Made by a program: the position numbers and the translations under genes. From IMG/VR virus record IMGVR_UViG_3300020057_000084, positions 1 to 37,724 of that record: a stretch of DNA of 37,724 nucleotides; one strand, given 5' to 3'. Shown in pieces: positions 33,915 through 37,724 of the stretch. The DNA is from a virus. Taxonomy: Duplodnaviria; Caudoviricetes. The first letter of the stretch is position 1. Every line of letters begins with the position of its first letter. A model generated the notes under the pieces. That model was not told where the DNA came from and made no database searches. It saw nothing but the letters and a program-made list of their open reading frames with translations.

Positions 33915-35464
33915 TACACCAAATCATGACTGATTGGTTCTTTCGTATTCTCTAGCACTGATTTGAGGGCAAGTACATCAAAGAAACTATCTCCACTAAG
34001 CAAGAATGCTTCTATCGCATTAGATGGATACTCTTGCTTAAAGTACCTACCCAGCTCTTTCTCCTTGCCTAGTAAGAACTGTTGGTCATAGAACTCACTA
34101 GCTCCATAAAATAATGGCTTAAAACCCGTTTCCCCCAGCAATGATCTATCCCAAAAGTCCTTAAGAAAGCCCATACCATTAGCAGTTGTCTCAATTATTA
34201 CTTTCCCATCTGGCACTACGGCTTGCATTACTCCTGCAAATAGCTTCTGGGCATCAGGATAGAACGCAAACTCAGACAAATGTAGGTTAGTAATTGTCTT
34301 ACTCCTACCAAAATCCCTATTATCAGCAGTTCCAATCGTGTAGCGTGAGTTCATGTCCGTATTGTAGAGCTCATATTTTGAGTTGTACTTTAGTGGAACT
34401 GTGGTATCCGCAATCTCTTCAAAAACCTTAATATACCGTTTAACACGATCAAGTAGCTCTGTAGCATTGTCTGATATATCAGCAACAATCACTGAGCGTG
34501 AGTTTTCCTTAGAGAGAAAGTCCTTAGTAAACATTGCCAGGATAAGACTGCTGTTGTGAGACACAAAGCCCTCAGCTATAAAAGTTTTGGTAGAAGTCTG
34601 TAAATCGTACATCTTTTGTTTACCTATAGGCTCAATGTTCTCTATCGTAGTCCAAGCAACAGACGAGCGCTTGCCTGGCATCTCTAAGCCTTCCCACCAG
34701 TTAATAGTTATCAATCTAACAGGTCTGGCCTTGCCTATAATCTCAAAAAGTTCATTCATGCGACAGAATGATATTGTACCCACAGGCTTGTTTGCCCGAT
34801 GATCTCTATAGTCCCAGTCAACTCTAGTAGAATAAGGCTCGGCATACAGGCTCATTTTATCCCATACAGCTCCAGCCACCTGTGTTACCTGTAATGATGC
34901 TCCACCTGATGACTTAGCCCGAAGATGAGCTTCACCATCAAGTAATCCACCAAACCACGCATCAAAGTGTGTAGGCTTATCCCAAGGGTAGGCAATGTGT
35001 CGTATAGCATAACCTGGCTTGAGGCTCTGTACTTCCCTCCATTTAATGTTTGTAGGTGACTTAGGCGGGTGGGTAAGGAACCTGTGTTGGCCTGTCGCAA
35101 TCAGTATCCGTCCGTCTGACATAGTTATCTTATAAGCTTCTTCATGAACTGTACGGATACCCTCAACGACTGAGGTACGCATCTTCCTGCCTATGCCTCT
35201 CGTGCCTGAGTTTTCGTCAACGCCTATTAGCTCCTGTCCTACCCTGGCATCCTTGATAGGTATCCACCTTAAGTCTTTAGTCAGTATTTGAGTATTGCCA
35301 TCAAGACAAAACCCCTGCTGTCTTGCTTTAATTATTAGATCACGCCCGGTAAGATCCTGAGTTAGATACCTATCCTGTATAGTGTTTAGCTCAAATGGGA
35401 CCTCAGCACCAGACTTGTCTATGATCCTGAAATACTTTTCTATAAAGTCCTTAGTTTTCATCAT
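33911..35464 (-). CDS. terL: Terminase large subunit, N-terminal ATPase domain, intein-containing
   Basis: LNxxQ, Walker A KARQQGF|SS, Walker B LHLSE, ETTANG and FKQEYP; no nuclease domain. Confidence 0.9.
   Translation of the reverse strand: MMKTKDFIEKYFRIIDKSGAEVPFELNTIQDRYLTQDLTGRDLIIKARQQGFCLDGNTQILTKDLRWIPIKDARVGQELIGVDENSGTRGIGRKMRTSVVEGIRTVHEEAYKITMSDGRILIATGQHRFLTHPPKSPTNIKWREVQSLKPGYAIRHIAYPWDKPTHFDAWFGGLLDGEAHLRAKSSGGASLQVTQVAGAVWDKMSLYAEPYSTRVDWDYRDHRANKPVGTISFCRMNELFEIIGKARPVRLITINWWEGLEMPGKRSSVAWTTIENIEPIGKQKMYDLQTSTKTFIAEGFVSHNSSLILAMFTKDFLSKENSRSVIVADISDNATELLDRVKRYIKVFEEIADTTVPLKYNSKYELYNTDMNSRYTIGTADNRDFGRSKTITNLHLSEFAFYPDAQKLFAGVMQAVVPDGKVIIETTANGMGFLKDFWDRSLLGETGFKPLFYGASEFYDQQFLLGKEKELGRYFKQEYPSNAIEAFLLSGDSFFDVLALKSVLENTKEPISHDLVY
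34553..35308 (-). mobile_element. 252-aa intein with a LAGLIDADG-like motif
   Basis: Starts CLDGNT; block B ATGQHRF; WFGGLLDGEAH; ends MYDLQT...VSHN before Ser+1. Confidence 0.92.
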
Positions 35465-35807
35465 TTATTCCCTTGATGACTTCTTTGTAATTATTGTTTT
35501 GGATTAGCGTCATTGGCTGTGGTTTAAAATCAGGGTGTCTATTTTTAAGATAGAACATAACAGCAGTCATGTCCCCTTCTCCTGCCTTCTTAACCAACAC
35601 TTCCCTTATGTCATCATTCAGCTCGTACTCGGCCTCAAGTATCTTACTGCGAAAGTCCTCATCGTTGTCTATCCAGTTGTAGTAAGTCTTGCGAGCTATC
35701 CCCACAGTCCTACAGGTATCACTAATGTGTCCAAAGAGCAGGCTATAAGTCTCAACAAACTTCTCTTTTTTAATAAACTGTGTAATCTGTGTGTTTTTAT
35801 TACTCAC
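35451..35807 (-). CDS. terS: Terminase small subunit (HTH)
   Basis: GHISDTCRTVGIARKTYYNW...D..F and GDMTAVMFYLKNR; directly upstream of terL. Confidence 0.8.
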   Translation of the reverse strand: MSNKNTQITQFIKKEKFVETYSLLFGHISDTCRTVGIARKTYYNWIDNDEDFRSKILEAEYELNDDIREVLVKKAGEGDMTAVMFYLKNRHPDFKPQPMTLIQNNNYKEVIKGINDEN

Positions 35808-35956
35808 TGTTCTTTTTTAAACATATAATATATGGTCCAGTCTACTCCCTCGGCTGTCAGACCTCCTTGTAGGCTCCCATGTCTGATCCTTGCCTCAATA
35901 GCTGACAATATTGTCTTGAGTATCTTTTTCTCTTCCCCGGACAGTTTCTTATCCAT
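35804..35956 (-). CDS. 50-aa hypothetical protein; not in the ORF track
   Basis: MDKKLSGEEKKILKTILSAIEARIRHG...KKEQ; GTGA overlap with terS. Confidence 0.5.
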   Translation of the reverse strand: MDKKLSGEEKKILKTILSAIEARIRHGSLQGGLTAEGVDWTIYYMFKKEQ

Positions 35957-36000
35957 ATTTAGTTTGTAACACACGAGTACTAGTCGTTTGCAAAATCACC

Positions 36001-36216
36001 CTATTCCTCTGTTTTGTTTAAATCAGTCATAGTATTTTCCTCATACCCATTACGTCTAGAGAAATGTATGTGTTTAAGCTTAGGCATTATACAAAGTAAC
36101 ATCTCCTTGTGATCTCCATAAGTCCACTGTGGAAACCTAGTACCCTTGCCATAACAAATACCCATCTTGTATTCTATTCCTAGTGGATGGTGTAATCGTC
36201 TAAATAGTTTTTTCAT
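36001..36216 (-). CDS. Hypothetical protein
   Basis: Starts within the shared junction repeat. Confidence 0.5.
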   Translation of the reverse strand: MKKLFRRLHHPLGIEYKMGICYGKGTRFPQWTYGDHKEMLLCIMPKLKHIHFSRRNGYEENTMTDLNKTEE

Positions 36217-36566
36217 ATAAGTAAAGGTTTAATTAACCACCTTCTCTTTGGATTGAATATCCCTCATCCGATATAAGCATTGTGCCGTATGTAAACATCC
36301 CCCAAAACAATGTTGTGCATTTTTTGCACTAGTTGTACTGTCATTGTCATCTACTAATTTGTTACTAAGAAGATGGAAATTACCAGTAGCTGTCTGAAGC
36401 TCTATTAGTTTAAACTTCTCCGAGGACTTGACACTAGACTTTACAATAGACTCTTTTCTCTTGACAGTATCTGTTAGTTTAAGCTCCTCATCCTCAAACC
36501 GTGACATTTTGTAACGGGTTGGTTCTTGTTTAGTTAGTTTTTTCATATAAGTAAAGGTTTAGTTAA
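36205..36566. repeat. 32-bp direct repeats (36205-36236 and 36535-36566, one mismatch); 16-bp partial copy at 37217-37232
   Basis: tagttttttcatataagtaaaggttta(a/g)ttaa. Confidence 0.9.
36229..36546 (-). CDS. Hypothetical protein flanked by 32-bp direct repeats
   Basis: 105-aa ORF with a Cys/His cluster near the C-terminus. Confidence 0.5.
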   Translation of the reverse strand: MKKLTKQEPTRYKMSRFEDEELKLTDTVKRKESIVKSSVKSSEKFKLIELQTATGNFHLLSNKLVDDNDSTTSAKNAQHCFGGCLHTAQCLYRMRDIQSKEKVVN

Positions 36567-37222
36567 GTATTATCTTTATAAAATGCCCGTGCAAAACCTT
36601 GTGGGGTAATGCTTCTCCTTGCTTGCCTATTGAATTTCCCAAATGCTTCTGGGTGTATGTCCTTACTTCTCATATAGTCAAACTTTGGTAATGGTTGAGA
36701 GTTAGTCTTGTGAAGTTGTTGCTGTTGTTGTGTAAGAATACTATTTATGTCTGTAACTGTTTTAATAGGAAGATTATAATATCCCCATATAGCGGTTTTT
36801 TTCTTATAGGCATCGCCAAACTCCCATGGATTAAATGTAAATGACGGGTGTCCTAAAAACCATTTAAGCCTTCCGTACCAAGGGTTTTCTAGCGCCCAAA
36901 ATTTAAGAGGACTATATTTTTGCTGATCACTTATTGTTTTATATTGAAAATATCTAATTATCCTAAGACAAGCCTCGACTATTTCATACCCTCCCTCTAA
37001 ATCCCTTGGTGTTTTAGCATTTGTTCTTGCGTCTGAAAACATCGTACAGGGTGGAGCTGCTAAAATCCCGTATACATTTTCAGGTGGCTCATAAGTTCTA
37101 ACGTCATTATCCGGTAACGTAATTAGTCTCACATCATAGCCAGCATCTTTATATGGTTTTGACCATGAGCCAGTACCACCACACAAGTCCAGTATTATTT
37201 TGTTTGAATTATCGTCTTTCAT
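36563..37222 (-). CDS. C5 cytosine DNA methyltransferase-like protein (short phage type)
   Basis: ILDLCGGTG (motif I), APPC (motif IV), ENP (motif VI) and a terminal RSITPxGFAxAF. Confidence 0.8.
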   Translation of the reverse strand: MKDDNSNKIILDLCGGTGSWSKPYKDAGYDVRLITLPDNDVRTYEPPENVYGILAAPPCTMFSDARTNAKTPRDLEGGYEIVEACLRIIRYFQYKTISDQQKYSPLKFWALENPWYGRLKWFLGHPSFTFNPWEFGDAYKKKTAIWGYYNLPIKTVTDINSILTQQQQQLHKTNSQPLPKFDYMRSKDIHPEAFGKFNRQARRSITPQGFARAFYKDNT

Positions 37223-37232
37223 ATAAGTAAAG

Positions 37233-37724
37233 TTATTTCTCTAATCCATTCTTTTTAGTAAAGATAGTCTTTCCGTTCCACCCACACCCACACTCTTTTT
37301 TATGTAACTTCTCAAGAGCTGGCATGTTATCTTGGTATGCTTTATCCCATGCCTGGTTTGCTTTAGCCCATACCTGGTATGCTTTATCCCATGCCTGGTA
37401 TGCTTTATCCCATGCCTGGCTTGCTTTAGCCCATACCAGGTTTGCTTTATCCCATGCCTGGCTTGCTTTAACCCGTGCTTGGTATGCTTTATCCGATGCT
37501 TGGTATGCTTTAACCGATGCTTGGTATGCTTTAACCCATGTTTGGCTTGCTTTAACAAACTCACCAGGTAACTTACCCTTAACTGGTTTGATAAGTTTTA
37601 GCCTTAACTCAATCTCATCCTCTGGCTTCTCTTCCTTAATATATTTAATCCTGTTCTTTAAGGGTTCAGTTAATGACTCCACCAGTATTTCGTGGTGGAT
37701 ATGGAAATAGTATTTTAATTTCAT
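37233..37724 (-). CDS. Heptad-repeat hypothetical protein; ATG is at the window edge, so the start may lie further upstream
   Basis: FHIHHE N-terminal motif, about 11 repeats of AWDKAYQ, and LHKKECGCGW. Confidence 0.7.
   Translation of the reverse strand: MKLKYYFHIHHEILVESLTEPLKNRIKYIKEEKPEDEIELRLKLIKPVKGKLPGEFVKASQTWVKAYQASVKAYQASDKAYQARVKASQAWDKANLVWAKASQAWDKAYQAWDKAYQVWAKANQAWDKAYQDNMPALEKLHKKECGCGWNGKTIFTKKNGLEK
37332..37556. repeat. 21-bp coding tandem repeat, about 10.7 units
   Basis: Consensus (c/t)tggtatgctttatcccatgc. Confidence 0.9.

Larger units (their letters stand above)
33542..33928. repeat. 22-bp direct repeats (33542-33563 and 33907-33928) bounding a non-coding segment
   Basis: gttttcaatacaccaaatcatg occurs twice, 365 bp apart. 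Confidence 0.9.

Noticed and set aside
37332-37556. CRISPR array or DGR template/variable repeat
   Set aside because: It is a contiguous coding tandem repeat, and no reverse transcriptase is in the window.
308-37710. The many short plus-strand ORFs and nested minus-strand ORFs in the track (e.g. 8906..9271, 26308..26715, 31102..31521, 37241..37564, 37324..37710)
   Set aside because: They are shadows of well-supported minus-strand genes or of the 21-bp repeat, with no motifs of their own. Only 3593..3991 is accepted on the plus strand.

Overview
Most of a tailed dsDNA phage genome, read almost entirely on the minus strand. It looks podovirus-like: portal, scaffold, major capsid, adaptor, nozzle and large ejection-type proteins are present, but no recognisable tape measure or tail tube. 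Transcription runs right to left: accessory genes and a C5 DNA methyltransferase; terS; an intein-containing terL ATPase gene; a repeat-flanked non-coding element; two ejection-type genes; a separate terL nuclease gene; portal, scaffold and capsid; a ~7 kb sugar-synthesis and glycosyltransferase cluster; lectin and tail genes; lysis; nucleotide hydrolases; a truncated integrase on the plus strand; early genes; and a replication initiator whose internal iteron array runs off the window start. The most notable unannotated signals are five. (1) A 54-nt RNA resembling a minimal tmRNA tRNA-like domain with G3.U70, next to a second four-way-junction RNA. (2) Ten late-region promoters with an invariant 19-bp spacer and an ACCTCC motif, several leaderless. 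(3) A terminase split into two genes 6.2 kb apart. (4) A 365-bp non-coding unit bounded by 22-bp direct repeats. (5) A probable virion glycosylation pathway. All product calls come from reading motifs by eye; no database search was run.
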